This document shows, piece after piece, positions 1-9,502 of a stretch of DNA of 64,000 bases; within the stretch, counting starts at the first letter, position 1; every line of letters starts with the position of its first letter. The translations under genes were made by a program, and so were the position numbers. Source of the DNA: Candidatus Omnitrophota bacterium (GTDB lineage Bacteria; Omnitrophota; Omnitrophia; Omnitrophales; JACROU01); the NCBI GenBank assembly GCA_029261035.1, contig JAJDCD010000025.1:66926-130925 (forward strand). Direction: 5' to 3'. Under the pieces are notes generated by a model that saw nothing but the letters and a program-made list of their open reading frames with translations, made no database searches and was not told the origin of the DNA.

Positions 1-832
1 CATCATTCGTAAGGACAAAAGCAGCCTTCTTGATAAGAGCAAACGACTCTCTAAGTTTCCTCTTCCCAATCCAATTAACTACAGAAAACTCAGGGCCTAA
101 CTCAAGAAAGTCTTCTGCCAAATCCTTTTCTCCAGGGCTTCCCAACAGTACAATTTGCTTTGTTGGTAAATCCATTTTCAACAAACTTAAAAGCTGCACA
201 AAGTAATTCACAGGCCAACGTTTAAATTGAGCATCTCTTCCCCAAGAATCACCCCCGCCAGGGGCCACAACAATATAGCTATCATCACCCGAATTAAAGG
301 CACTCTCTCTCAACACATCCACTTCATTTATTTCTCGTTCTAATACATGAAGATGCATTTCCTGAGAGGAAGCTTCTACTTCTAAAGGTTTCAATAAATC
401 TAAATAATATTTGATCACATGCTTATTAGAATAACCTTGAGGTAACTGAAAACGATCCGATAAAAACAGCCCCCTCTTATGGTAATCAAATCCGATTCTT
501 TTGTGAATCCCTAGAAAAAATTTAGCCAAAAATGAATATTCTCTTGAAAGAGACACATCAATAAGCGTATCAAATTTTTCTTTTCTTAACCGCAATATCA
601 AACTAAAAACAAATTTCAACTTTCTTAAAAAGCTTTGTTTTCGAAACCACCCTCGATCAATAGGAATAGATTCATCCACATAAGAGTCATTCTCGAACAC
701 AGCTTCTGTCCTTGACCCTAGAAGTAAGACAATCTTCTCAACACGAGCTTCTTTCTTAAGAGCTCGAATGAGAGGAGTTAAAAAAAGACAATCTCCAATG
801 CCGAAAGGATTAACAATAAGTATACGCTTCAA
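1..832 (-). CDS. GT9-family ADP-heptose:LPS heptosyltransferase-like glycosyltransferase. The N-terminal part is present; the 3' end runs off the window start.
   Basis: The minus-strand translation of 1-832 reads (TTG)KRILIVNPFGIGDCLFLTPLIRALKKEARVEKIVLL ... VVAPGGGDSWGRDAQFKRWPVNYFVQLL ... LLGSPGEKDLAEDF, which is the typical heptosyltransferase N-terminus and mid-region. The TTG start at 832..830 overlaps the end of the next paralog. The gene is absent from the ORF track only because it is truncated. Confidence 0.55.
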   Translation of the reverse strand, partial: MKRILIVNPFGIGDCLFLTPLIRALKKEARVEKIVLLLGSRTEAVFENDSYVDESIPIDRGWFRKQSFLRKLKFVFSLILRLRKEKFDTLIDVSLSREYSFLAKFFLGIHKRIGFDYHKRGLFLSDRFQLPQGYSNKHVIKYYLDLLKPLEVEASSQEMHLHVLEREINEVDVLRESAFNSGDDSYIVVAPGGGDSWGRDAQFKRWPVNYFVQLLSLLKMDLPTKQIVLLGSPGEKDLAEDFLELGPEFSVVNWIGKRKLRESFALIKKAAFVLTND

Positions 833-1868
833 AGGCTTCAATGGCTTTTATAACCTCCTCAACAGTAATCGCATCTAAACATGCAAATGAATACGGGCAT
901 TCATGCGCCCAACAAATATCACAACCCACATCTTTGTGTAAAACCTTTGACTTCTCACCCAAGGGCCCCCAGCGCAACGGACTCAAACCAGCCTGATTTC
1001 GTCCAAAAATAGAGATAACCGGCGTATCCAAAGCACAAGCAATATGGACAGGTCCTGAATCGTTTGATATCAACATCTTCGCATCTTTAATCGCACAGAC
1101 AGACTCTGACAATTTTAACTTTTCTGTTAAATCAACAATATCCGACTGAACCCATTCTTTTATTTGTTTCACAAGAACATGTTCTTGATGACTTCCAATA
1201 AAAGCAATCGGAATATTTTTATTCTTAATTACATAATCCGCTAATGCCGCAAAATGACTTGGAGCCCACATCTTAGATGGACAGCTCGCTCCTGGATTAA
1301 TAGCAATATACTTCTTTTCTTCTAAACCTAATTGACTTTTAATTCGATTCCACTCAACTTGAGCTCGATCTTGGACAACCACTCTTGTATTCAACTTAGA
1401 AGGACACTGAATATCTAAAACACGAAGTAAATCAAAATTGTATTCAGCTTCATGCTTCTTGCCTTCTTGTTTTAGATGAGGAACTACATGAGTCAGCAAA
1501 CGATAATTCTTATACTTATATCCCAGACGAATTGGAATCTTTGCCAAATAAGAAACCCAATGAGAACGATTATTAGGATGAAGGTGAATCGCAATATCAA
1601 ACCGTTTACGCCTTAAGTCTCTAGCAAAGCTCCACGTGCCCTTCCAGCTCTTTTGCCCTTCCTGCTTATCATAAACAATAACTTCATCCAAAAAAGGGTT
1701 GCCCTGGATCAAATTTTGAGTCAAAGGAGAAACCATCATAGAAATCACCGCTTTAGGAAATTGAAGTCTCAAAGCTTCTATGACAGGAGTGCTTAAAACA
1801 ACATCCCCAATACGGTCTGTCCGAGTCACTAAAATGCGGTTTATTTTTTCATTTACTATTTCATTCAT
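810..1868 (-). CDS. GT9-family LPS heptosyltransferase (WaaC/WaaF/WaaQ-like)
   Basis: 352 aa. N-terminal motif ILVTRTDRIGDVVLSTPVIEAL. C-terminal motif SNDSGPVHIACALDTPVISIFG. Cys-rich C-terminus CDICWAHECPYSFACLDAITVEEV. Confidence 0.75.
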   Translation of the reverse strand: MNEIVNEKINRILVTRTDRIGDVVLSTPVIEALRLQFPKAVISMMVSPLTQNLIQGNPFLDEVIVYDKQEGQKSWKGTWSFARDLRRKRFDIAIHLHPNNRSHWVSYLAKIPIRLGYKYKNYRLLTHVVPHLKQEGKKHEAEYNFDLLRVLDIQCPSKLNTRVVVQDRAQVEWNRIKSQLGLEEKKYIAINPGASCPSKMWAPSHFAALADYVIKNKNIPIAFIGSHQEHVLVKQIKEWVQSDIVDLTEKLKLSESVCAIKDAKMLISNDSGPVHIACALDTPVISIFGRNQAGLSPLRWGPLGEKSKVLHKDVGCDICWAHECPYSFACLDAITVEEVIKAIEAFEAYTYC

Positions 1869-1879
1869 TATTCAGAACC

Positions 1880-2917
1880 TCAAACTAACAATGTTTCTAT
1901 TTTTTCGTTTACTTCTTCTGCTTTTAAGTCGTCCAAACATTTCCTTCGATCAATATGACATTGAGCCATTTCACAAGGCGAACATTTTAAATCGTGACGA
2001 ACAACCAAACTTCTCTCGTCTTCGTGCGCATACTTCCAAGGATTTGTTGGGCCAAAAATAGCTACCGTTTTCTTCCCAAGCTCAACAGCAATTTGCATCA
2101 ATGCAGAATCATTCGATATAACAATTTCCGACACAGCAATACAAGCAGCCGCTTCCTTTAAGCTCGTACCGCCCCCTAAATCATAAACACCTTCCGGAGA
2201 ATCCGATTTATCCTTTAACGAACGTGTGAGCTCCATTTCTGCATCTCCACCTAAAATAACTACAGCCAACCCTTTGCTTTGCAAGTAAGACACAACACCT
2301 AAAAAACCCTCTTCAGTCCATCTCTTTGTACTACTGTTCGCTCCAGGAACAACAACAGCATAAGACTCGCCATCTTTTAAACCTAATTTTTTCAACTCAC
2401 AAAATACTTTCTCTGATTCCTGCTCACCATACAATTCAATCACCTTTCGATTAGAAAGATCCAAACCTAAAGGCTTTAAAACGGACAAATGTTTTTCTCT
2501 CACAGACTGAGATTCTTTAAACTTACGACGAAAAAGAGATGTTCGATACTTTGAACGAACCAATAAAGGAATCGCCGTATGCTTTAAATCAACAATCAAA
2601 TCATAACGTGTTCGAACAATCTCTCTAACCCATTTCCATTTATCCATCAATCCCCAATTTTTTTCATAAACAAATATTTGATTCAAATCAGAACACCCTT
2701 GAAACAAAGCCAAAGGAGCCCTACCACAAATCATATCCACACGAGCACCAGGAAACTCCCCCCTCAAAACAGAAAGCACCGGCAACGTCAAAATACAATC
2801 CCCAATATTAGTCAAATTAACAAACAAAATTCTCTGAACCCTCTTCTTATCCACTAAATCACCACCTAATTGATATGCTTTTAGCTTTTGACTTCGACGC
2901 CAGATGCGAATCCGCAA
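1880..2917 (-). CDS. GT9-family LPS heptosyltransferase paralog
   Basis: 345 aa. Motifs ILFVNLTNIGDCILTLPVL and SNDSALMQIAVELGKKTVAIFGPTNP. C-terminus CSPCEMAQCHIDRRKCLDDLKAEEV. Confidence 0.75.
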   Translation of the reverse strand: MRIRIWRRSQKLKAYQLGGDLVDKKRVQRILFVNLTNIGDCILTLPVLSVLRGEFPGARVDMICGRAPLALFQGCSDLNQIFVYEKNWGLMDKWKWVREIVRTRYDLIVDLKHTAIPLLVRSKYRTSLFRRKFKESQSVREKHLSVLKPLGLDLSNRKVIELYGEQESEKVFCELKKLGLKDGESYAVVVPGANSSTKRWTEEGFLGVVSYLQSKGLAVVILGGDAEMELTRSLKDKSDSPEGVYDLGGGTSLKEAAACIAVSEIVISNDSALMQIAVELGKKTVAIFGPTNPWKYAHEDERSLVVRHDLKCSPCEMAQCHIDRRKCLDDLKAEEVNEKIETLLV

Positions 2918-3120
2918 GCTTTATAGCGGATCCTGAATCCTAAACCAACTCCACTATCCAACGAATGCTTTTATCCCTGATAACAGTTCTTATCCATAAC
3001 AATAAATCAGGTTTCGTTATTAATACAATAACGAAACACATTAAACCAAGAAACAATATGGGCTCGACGCCCATCTTGTTTCAACCCCTCACAAACCCAC
3101 CAGCGTTGATAAATTTAAGG

Positions 3121-3196
3121 AAACTAAAATATTCCCGCCGCGAGTTGCGCAGGCCACAGGCCGAGCATGTCTGAGCGCCGGGAACATTTTAGTTTC
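3121..3196. repeat. GC-rich conserved 40-nt core, ccgcgagttgcgcaggcNNNaggccgagcatgtctgagcg, closed by a 16-bp stem. Copy 1 of 2. Candidate structured ncRNA or REP-like element.
   Basis: It is flanked by aactaaaatattcccg / cgggaacattttagtt, an inverted repeat matching at 15 of 16 positions. It is intergenic between two GT9 genes. See the second copy at 22331-22394. Confidence 0.4.
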
Positions 3197-3217
3197 CGAC
3201 AACCCAATAAAAACACC

Positions 3218-4258
3218 TTATATATGAATAACCTTCTCCACCCCAACCCGCTCAACAAGAGAATCCCCAGAACCCAACCAACCTTCCCCCTCAATCCTCT
3301 CCAAAACCCCCACTGGCGTCAAATCATCCATCATCCCCGACTCCGCCTGAATAATAAGCGTATTCCCACTCCCTCGAGGCGCCGTATCCTTATAATCCGT
3401 AGGCCCAAACAAAGCAACAACATCCGTCCCCACAGCCCCAGCCATATGCATAGGACCCGTATCACAGGTAACCACAAAACGCGCTTTCGATAAAAGAGCT
3501 CCCAACTGCCCTAAATCCGTTTCCCCCGCAAATGAAACGGGATCTGCTTTCTTCGTATGCTTAATAATACTCTCCGCTAAAACAACATCACTTTTAGACC
3601 CTATAATTACAATCGGCAATTGGTATTTCTCATAAATCAAATCTGCAAGTTCCGCAAAATAAGACGTAGACCAACGCTTCGGCTCCCAATTGGCTCCTGA
3701 ATTAAGAACAACAAAAGATTTATTTGTAGAAAAATTCTTTTCCTCTAACTTTTTTTGAATCACATCATTCTCTTCTCGAGTTGGAACAAACTCACAATAA
3801 TAATTCTTAGGAATTTCCAGACCATCTGCTCTTAAAAGGTTAACAAAATAATCTGTTTGATGCGGAGGATTCTTTGGCTGCTCAATCGCATGAGTCAAAA
3901 ACATTCTTCTTTGTTTAGACATATAAGCAACCCTCTCTTTAATCCCTGCAAGCACACACCAAAAAGCTCTAGTTTTAGAAGGATGCAAAATATACACTTT
4001 ATCAAATTTTTCTTTTCGAAGCTGCAATATCAATGAAATTTTTTCTTTAAATCCACGGTTTAGTTTTTCATTAAATACAATAATACGATCGACATAAGGA
4101 GTATGATCAAGCACCCACTGGCAAACAGGAGGGACAATACACACAATTTCACAATTAGGATCATTCTCTTTAATCAATTTAAAACAAGGTGTTTGCATAA
4201 TCACATCACCAATCCAATTCTTCGTAAAAACTAAAACTTTTCTTCTTTTCATTCCCAC
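3218..4258 (-). CDS. GT9-family LPS heptosyltransferase paralog
   Basis: 346 aa. Motifs VLVFTKNWIGDVIMQTPCF and CDTGPMHMAGAVGTDVVALFGPT. Confidence 0.7.
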   Translation of the reverse strand: MGMKRRKVLVFTKNWIGDVIMQTPCFKLIKENDPNCEIVCIVPPVCQWVLDHTPYVDRIIVFNEKLNRGFKEKISLILQLRKEKFDKVYILHPSKTRAFWCVLAGIKERVAYMSKQRRMFLTHAIEQPKNPPHQTDYFVNLLRADGLEIPKNYYCEFVPTREENDVIQKKLEEKNFSTNKSFVVLNSGANWEPKRWSTSYFAELADLIYEKYQLPIVIIGSKSDVVLAESIIKHTKKADPVSFAGETDLGQLGALLSKARFVVTCDTGPMHMAGAVGTDVVALFGPTDYKDTAPRGSGNTLIIQAESGMMDDLTPVGVLERIEGEGWLGSGDSLVERVGVEKVIHI

Positions 4259-4296
4259 CCTCCAAATTCTATTCTTTAATCAAATTACTATTTAAG

Positions 4297-5424
4297 CTAA
4301 TTGCAAAGCTCCATCACTTCTTCATAGGTTCCATTTAATTTCCCACACAACCCCTCTAAAGAAAACTGTTCTATAGCAATTCTCTGCCCTTCTTCACCCA
4401 TCTGATCTCTTAAAGGTGCGTCGTCAATTAATTGACTTATTTTTTCGGCTAAGGCTTGAGGATCTCTAGGAGGCACCAAAAACCCATTAAGCCCATCTTT
4501 AACCATCATATAAATCCCGCCTACATTCGTCACAACAACAGGTTTTTTCGAGCTCATCCCTTCTAAAATACACAAACCAAAACCTTCCTCATAGATAGGT
4601 GGGTGGACAAAGACATCGATCAATCCCAATGGAATGTTCACATCCTCCATAGCATCTGCAAAAACAATATGTTCCGTCACCTTTAACTCTTCAGCTAATT
4701 TTAATAAAGTGGGTTTATACTTCCCTTCACCTACTAAGAAAAATTTTGCGTTTGGATTATTTTTAATCACGTAGGGTACTGCACGAATAAGATACTGATA
4801 CCCTTTAACTTCTTCCATTCTTGCAATACTACCAACAACGATATCTTCATGCCTTAACCCAAAAAAATCTTTTAGTCCTTTTTTATCTTTATCAGACAAA
4901 CTTTTATTGTAACTATCAACATCAATTCCATTAGGCAATAATAGAGCTTGGTTTTTAGCCACCTTAAAGGTGTTTACCAAACTCTCTCGTACAGGTTCAC
5001 TAATTGCTGTAACTCGGGCACCCCAACAAGGAAACAATCTTCTAAAAAGGTGTCTTTTGTAAATCCCATGACATGTTGTGATATAAGGAACTTTTGTAAA
5101 ACGCCTTAAAAGTGCTGCCGCAACTTGCGCTACACGCGTGTGCGCATGAACAATACCAACACCTTCCTTTTTAATAATTTCCATAAGCTGTAATACAGAA
5201 AAAAGCACTTTGGGATGTGCTGCATTTTTTGTTTTTATTGGTATCGTGTAATGAGTCACACCCTCTTTCTCAAGACGTGCAACTAAAACACCTCCCGAAC
5301 TTGCAACAACAGGCTCTTTTCCTTGTTGCTTTAACTTACAAGCAAGGTTCACAACATAAGTACTAATACCACCAATATTCAAATGAGTGGTTAACAACAA
5401 CACCTTCATAAGACTTCCTTTCAA
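4297..5424 (-). CDS. GT4-family (group 1) glycosyltransferase
   Basis: 375 aa. Motif VLLLTTHLNIGGISTYV. E-x7-E region EGFGLCILEGMSSKKPVVVTNVGG. Confidence 0.7.
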   Translation of the reverse strand: MKGSLMKVLLLTTHLNIGGISTYVVNLACKLKQQGKEPVVASSGGVLVARLEKEGVTHYTIPIKTKNAAHPKVLFSVLQLMEIIKKEGVGIVHAHTRVAQVAAALLRRFTKVPYITTCHGIYKRHLFRRLFPCWGARVTAISEPVRESLVNTFKVAKNQALLLPNGIDVDSYNKSLSDKDKKGLKDFFGLRHEDIVVGSIARMEEVKGYQYLIRAVPYVIKNNPNAKFFLVGEGKYKPTLLKLAEELKVTEHIVFADAMEDVNIPLGLIDVFVHPPIYEEGFGLCILEGMSSKKPVVVTNVGGIYMMVKDGLNGFLVPPRDPQALAEKISQLIDDAPLRDQMGEEGQRIAIEQFSLEGLCGKLNGTYEEVMELCN

Positions 5425-7565
5425 TGTGAGTTTTGTAATGGCTCCGTCACATGCGTTAATTTAATCTCTTCTATCGAATCCAATACTTCTTCTACTGTAA
5501 TTTGTTTCATACAATCCAATTGAACTTTACTATGACAACTATTCGAATAACAAGGAGCACATTTAATCTGCTTCCAATGCACTCTGATCTTCTTTGAAGG
5601 AGGAACATGTTTCTCCGGAGAAGTCGGCCCAAAAAGAGCCACAACAGGAGTCAAAGAAGCTGCAGCGATATGTAATGGTGCCGAATCTGGGGTCACAAGA
5701 ACTCGAAACTTTTTAGTTAATGCAATCAACTCCCCCAAAGAAGTCTTTCCAACTAGATTAACAACCCCCTTAGAGTGCATTTGCAAAAACTTTTCGGCCA
5801 AATGATTCTCCTGAGCAGCCCCTATTAAAACAATACGTGCTTGATACTTTTTTTGGAGTTCTTCTGCTAAATGAACAAACCATTCCAAAGGCCAACGCTT
5901 TGTAACCCACTTAGAGCTGGCTCCTAAAGCAAACCCTACAAGAAACGCATCCTCGGACACCCAAGATTTTTCTAACTGCTTTCTTACTTGAAGCTCATCT
6001 CTAGAACTAGCCCATAACTCCAAACGGTCATCTAAAGTCTTTATTCCCAGCTCTTTTAAAAGCTGGAACTGATGATCTAAAGGCGGAATTAATTTATTAA
6101 ACCCCTTCGTTCCTCGATTCAATAAACGACCTCCTTTTCCTCGAATATAACCAAATCGTTCTGGAATTTGAGCTAAAAAAGCAAGGAGGTGCGTCTTAAA
6201 ATTATTTTGAAAATCTATAGATAAATCAAAACTACGATTACGAATCAAATAACACAAAGCAGGAAATCGAAAACCCAAACTCCACAAACGATCTCTTTTA
6301 AAAGGAATAATTTCATCTAAATAAGGGCACCCCTGCACTACTTTTATCCATTTTTCATCGACAAGAATGCTTATATGTGACTTAGGAAATTTTTCTTTCA
6401 ACATTCTTAAACTTGGAATAACTAGAACAAGGTCTCCCAAAGCTCCTAATTTTATTACCAATATTTTTTTCTCTCTTTGTAATTTCTCATAAACTTTTAT
6501 TGTTTTTTCAAACATAAGATCGAGAGAAAAGTTTTCTTCCACTTTCTTACGCAAAGCATGTGCATATTGAATACATAAGTCTTGGTTTTCAATCATCTTC
6601 ACCATAGCCTCTGACATAAGCACAGAGTTTGAGGGAGGAACAAGAAGTCCATTCACCTCATGATCCACAATCTCACTAACACCTCCCACACGCGTCGCCA
6701 CCACAGCAGTCCCAGATGCCGCAGACTCCACAATAACACGACCAAAGCCTTCCGGCGTCTTAGTTGACAGAACAAGTAAGTGCGCACGCTTCAATATCTC
6801 AGGGATATCATTGCGAGGCCCTAAAAACTGTACAACCTCTTTTAAATCTAATTCATCAACCAAATCTTTGAGATAGGCTTCTAGCTTTAGTCCCCTTTTC
6901 CCATTTGCTCCACCAACAATCCAAGCGCGTGTATGAGGGTGCTTTCGATGAACTAAATGAAAAGCTCTAATAAAATCCGAATGCCCCTTCAAAGAAGTAA
7001 TTCTGCCAATATTAACAATATTAAACTGAGACACATTGGATTGGTATTTTTCTATATTGAATTCAAAACTAGACAAATCCACTCCTCGATATATCAAATC
7101 CATACGTTCTTTTGTTACATTAAAATTTTCATGAATGTGATTACCAATAGCTTTAGAAATTACAATAACTCGTTTCCCAAATCCCATAACACGAGAAAAT
7201 ATATGTGTTGAATAATAACCATGACAAGTCGTTACAAACTGAACTCCCGTTTTTTTTCTCACTTTTTTACAAGCAAAATAAGCAATCCAAGCAGGTATTC
7301 GAGATCGGGCATGAACAATATCAATCTTCTCCCGAATCAACAAGTCAGCTAATTTACCGACAAGAAATAAAGAAGATAAAGATTTCTTATGCACAGGCAA
7401 GGAAATATGATGCACCTTTGCTTTCTCTAACTGTTTAACTAAAACACCTCCATTAGAAACCACATAAGGATCATGACCTCTCGCCTTAAGAGCTAAAGCC
7501 AAATCAATAGTTCCGCGTTCTACACCACCATGATTTAATTCTGGGAGAATTTGCAAAACTCTCAT
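5421..7565 (-). CDS. Bifunctional fusion of an N-terminal GT4 glycosyltransferase and a C-terminal GT9 heptosyltransferase
   Basis: 714 aa. Residues 1-355 carry GT4 motifs (LQILPELNHGGVERGTIDLA; EGFGRVIVESAASGTAVVATRVGG). Residues 360-714 carry GT9 motifs (ILVIKLGALGDLVLVIPSL; VTPDSAPLHIAAASLTPVVALFGPT; the CAPCYSNSCHSKVQLDC tail). The gene overlaps its neighbours by 4 nt. Confidence 0.65.
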   Translation of the reverse strand: MRVLQILPELNHGGVERGTIDLALALKARGHDPYVVSNGGVLVKQLEKAKVHHISLPVHKKSLSSLFLVGKLADLLIREKIDIVHARSRIPAWIAYFACKKVRKKTGVQFVTTCHGYYSTHIFSRVMGFGKRVIVISKAIGNHIHENFNVTKERMDLIYRGVDLSSFEFNIEKYQSNVSQFNIVNIGRITSLKGHSDFIRAFHLVHRKHPHTRAWIVGGANGKRGLKLEAYLKDLVDELDLKEVVQFLGPRNDIPEILKRAHLLVLSTKTPEGFGRVIVESAASGTAVVATRVGGVSEIVDHEVNGLLVPPSNSVLMSEAMVKMIENQDLCIQYAHALRKKVEENFSLDLMFEKTIKVYEKLQREKKILVIKLGALGDLVLVIPSLRMLKEKFPKSHISILVDEKWIKVVQGCPYLDEIIPFKRDRLWSLGFRFPALCYLIRNRSFDLSIDFQNNFKTHLLAFLAQIPERFGYIRGKGGRLLNRGTKGFNKLIPPLDHQFQLLKELGIKTLDDRLELWASSRDELQVRKQLEKSWVSEDAFLVGFALGASSKWVTKRWPLEWFVHLAEELQKKYQARIVLIGAAQENHLAEKFLQMHSKGVVNLVGKTSLGELIALTKKFRVLVTPDSAPLHIAAASLTPVVALFGPTSPEKHVPPSKKIRVHWKQIKCAPCYSNSCHSKVQLDCMKQITVEEVLDSIEEIKLTHVTEPLQNSH

Positions 7566-9502
7566 AATAGAGCCCTCAAGCTTTCCGAAATCTTTTTCTT
7601 ATCATCATAAATTAAACGTGTTCTTCGTTGATTCATCTCAACATCCAACTCTTTCTCAACATCAAAAGGATTCACAACGCGAAGCACTCCCTGTTTCTGG
7701 AGATGTTTTTGAAAACGATAATGTTTAGAAGCTAGACCTTTTGAGTTCATTTTCAAAATCAACACATCTTTCCCGCTTGCCACTCCTTCTGAAATCATGG
7801 ACACACTATCTTCTGAAACTAGGATCACATCACTTACGCCCATCATCTTCCGGGCAATTCCCTCTGGATTATCTTCATTAGCAATAACCAAAAGAGGCAC
7901 CTCTGGATGTTTCTCAAATTTATCTTTAAGCACTTTTTCGTATTGCTTAGACGTTCTTCTAGAAGTGGTTATGATCAATTTACAGTTATTCTTATGAACA
8001 AATCGATCCAAACCCTCCACAAATTGTTTGAAAAATTGTGGCGAAAAATCATACCCTTTGGTTTTACCCCCAAGAAAAACAGAAACAACCTTTTGGTGAT
8101 CCAAGTTCAATTCTTGCCTCAAAAGCTCTCCATCAATTTTTAATTGTTCTGAATCCACTAAGTTAGGCGCTACCCGCGTCAACAAAACCCCTTTAGATTC
8201 TTTTACGCGATCATGTTCAGGAATTAAACTTAAATCTGGTTTCATCAAATTAAAAGGAAACGGCCGCTTCATTAACACAATATTTTTAACTTGGAATTCC
8301 TTCTTTAAAATAAAATTAAGTGGCAAAACAGAAAAGCCACAGGAAACCACAAGGTCAGGTGCTGTTTGAACTAACTGTTCATAAGACTCTTTTTCAAGAA
8401 AAGCTTTCAAAACATGCATTCTCCCCTGAGACCAAGGTAAAAGAATCAAAGAAAATAGTGAAAACATGCGTTTAGCCCATTTGCTTTTATAACGAATTTG
8501 AACCGTATCTAATTTAAACTCGAAACGTTCGTCCAGCTCATCCAAATCTTTAATCATTTGAGCAATAGCTCTGGACTGAACTTCATGCCCCGGTTTTCCA
8601 TCCGACAAAACTACAATGTTTTTTGTCCAATTATATTTCCATCGTTTAAAAAACCACAGCCACTGTTCTGGAAACTGTGTAATGTATTTTTGTAAATAAT
8701 CCATATACTGCTGTGTGTATTTTTCTATATCTTTTTTCACATCATCTGTTTTCACAACTTCGATTGGCTCTTCAAAATAAATTCGATGTTGAGAACCTTT
8801 TTCTCTAACAAGAAAAGAGGTTTGTATAATAGAACCCGTTCGATAAGCAATTTCAATAATCCCTTGTGGCGCTGTAGTTTTTCGACCAAAAAAACGAACA
8901 GGGACCCCCTCTTTGCCTCCAGATTGATCTCCCAAAATTCCTAAGAGCCCATTTTCTCTACTTAATGCTCTTAGAATAGCTTTCACACCAGCTCCCTTGC
9001 GAATCATTTTAGATCCATGACATTCTCTTAACTTTGTCAAAAAATTTTCTAATCTTTTTAATTTTTGATCTTTTACGACAACATAAATAGGAAAACCTTG
9101 AAAACACCCCCAAAGACTTAATAATTCCCAGTTCCCAAAATGTGCCGTTAGAAAAACAACCCCCTTCGTTCTTTTAGCAATGCATGCGTCATAAATTTCT
9201 CTCCGGTATTCAACAACATGTTTATCAGAATAAGCTTGATTCATTTTTGGAAAATAAAGTATTTCCACAAAATTTTGAGCCAAATTCATATAGTTTTGAC
9301 GAATAATTTTCTTTAACTCTGGCCCTGAATACTGATTACCAAAAGCTATCTTAAGGTTTGCATACACTCGTTTAAATCGAATTCCTAGCAAAGCAAGAAA
9401 CCACCCGAAACAACGTGCGAAAAACAAAGATACTTTGACAGGCAAACATTGACACAAAAAAGCGGCAATTCTAACGAGAGTATAAGCTATTAAGTCGAGC
9501 AT
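7562..9502 (-). CDS. Lipid A late acyltransferase (LpxL/HtrB family) fused to a C-terminal ELM1/DUF1022-like predicted glycosyltransferase domain
   Basis: 646 aa. The N-terminal ~300 aa carry the TAHFGNWELL HX4E acyltransferase motif and the LGDQSGGKEGVPVRFFGR motif. The C-terminal ~340 aa resemble the ELM1-like domain. The ELM1 assignment rests on recalled family features. Confidence 0.55.
   Translation of the reverse strand: MLDLIAYTLVRIAAFLCQCLPVKVSLFFARCFGWFLALLGIRFKRVYANLKIAFGNQYSGPELKKIIRQNYMNLAQNFVEILYFPKMNQAYSDKHVVEYRREIYDACIAKRTKGVVFLTAHFGNWELLSLWGCFQGFPIYVVVKDQKLKRLENFLTKLRECHGSKMIRKGAGVKAILRALSRENGLLGILGDQSGGKEGVPVRFFGRKTTAPQGIIEIAYRTGSIIQTSFLVREKGSQHRIYFEEPIEVVKTDDVKKDIEKYTQQYMDYLQKYITQFPEQWLWFFKRWKYNWTKNIVVLSDGKPGHEVQSRAIAQMIKDLDELDERFEFKLDTVQIRYKSKWAKRMFSLFSLILLPWSQGRMHVLKAFLEKESYEQLVQTAPDLVVSCGFSVLPLNFILKKEFQVKNIVLMKRPFPFNLMKPDLSLIPEHDRVKESKGVLLTRVAPNLVDSEQLKIDGELLRQELNLDHQKVVSVFLGGKTKGYDFSPQFFKQFVEGLDRFVHKNNCKLIITTSRRTSKQYEKVLKDKFEKHPEVPLLVIANEDNPEGIARKMMGVSDVILVSEDSVSMISEGVASGKDVLILKMNSKGLASKHYRFQKHLQKQGVLRVVNPFDVEKELDVEMNQRRTRLIYDDKKKISESLRALL

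Noticed and set aside
1780-3493. Plus-strand ORFs 1780-2061, 2965-3174 and 3167-3493, and the many other 60-117-aa plus-strand ORFs in the track
   Set aside because: All are antisense to strongly supported minus-strand genes, or lie in low-complexity intergenic DNA. They have odd composition and no recognisable motifs. I treat them as spurious.
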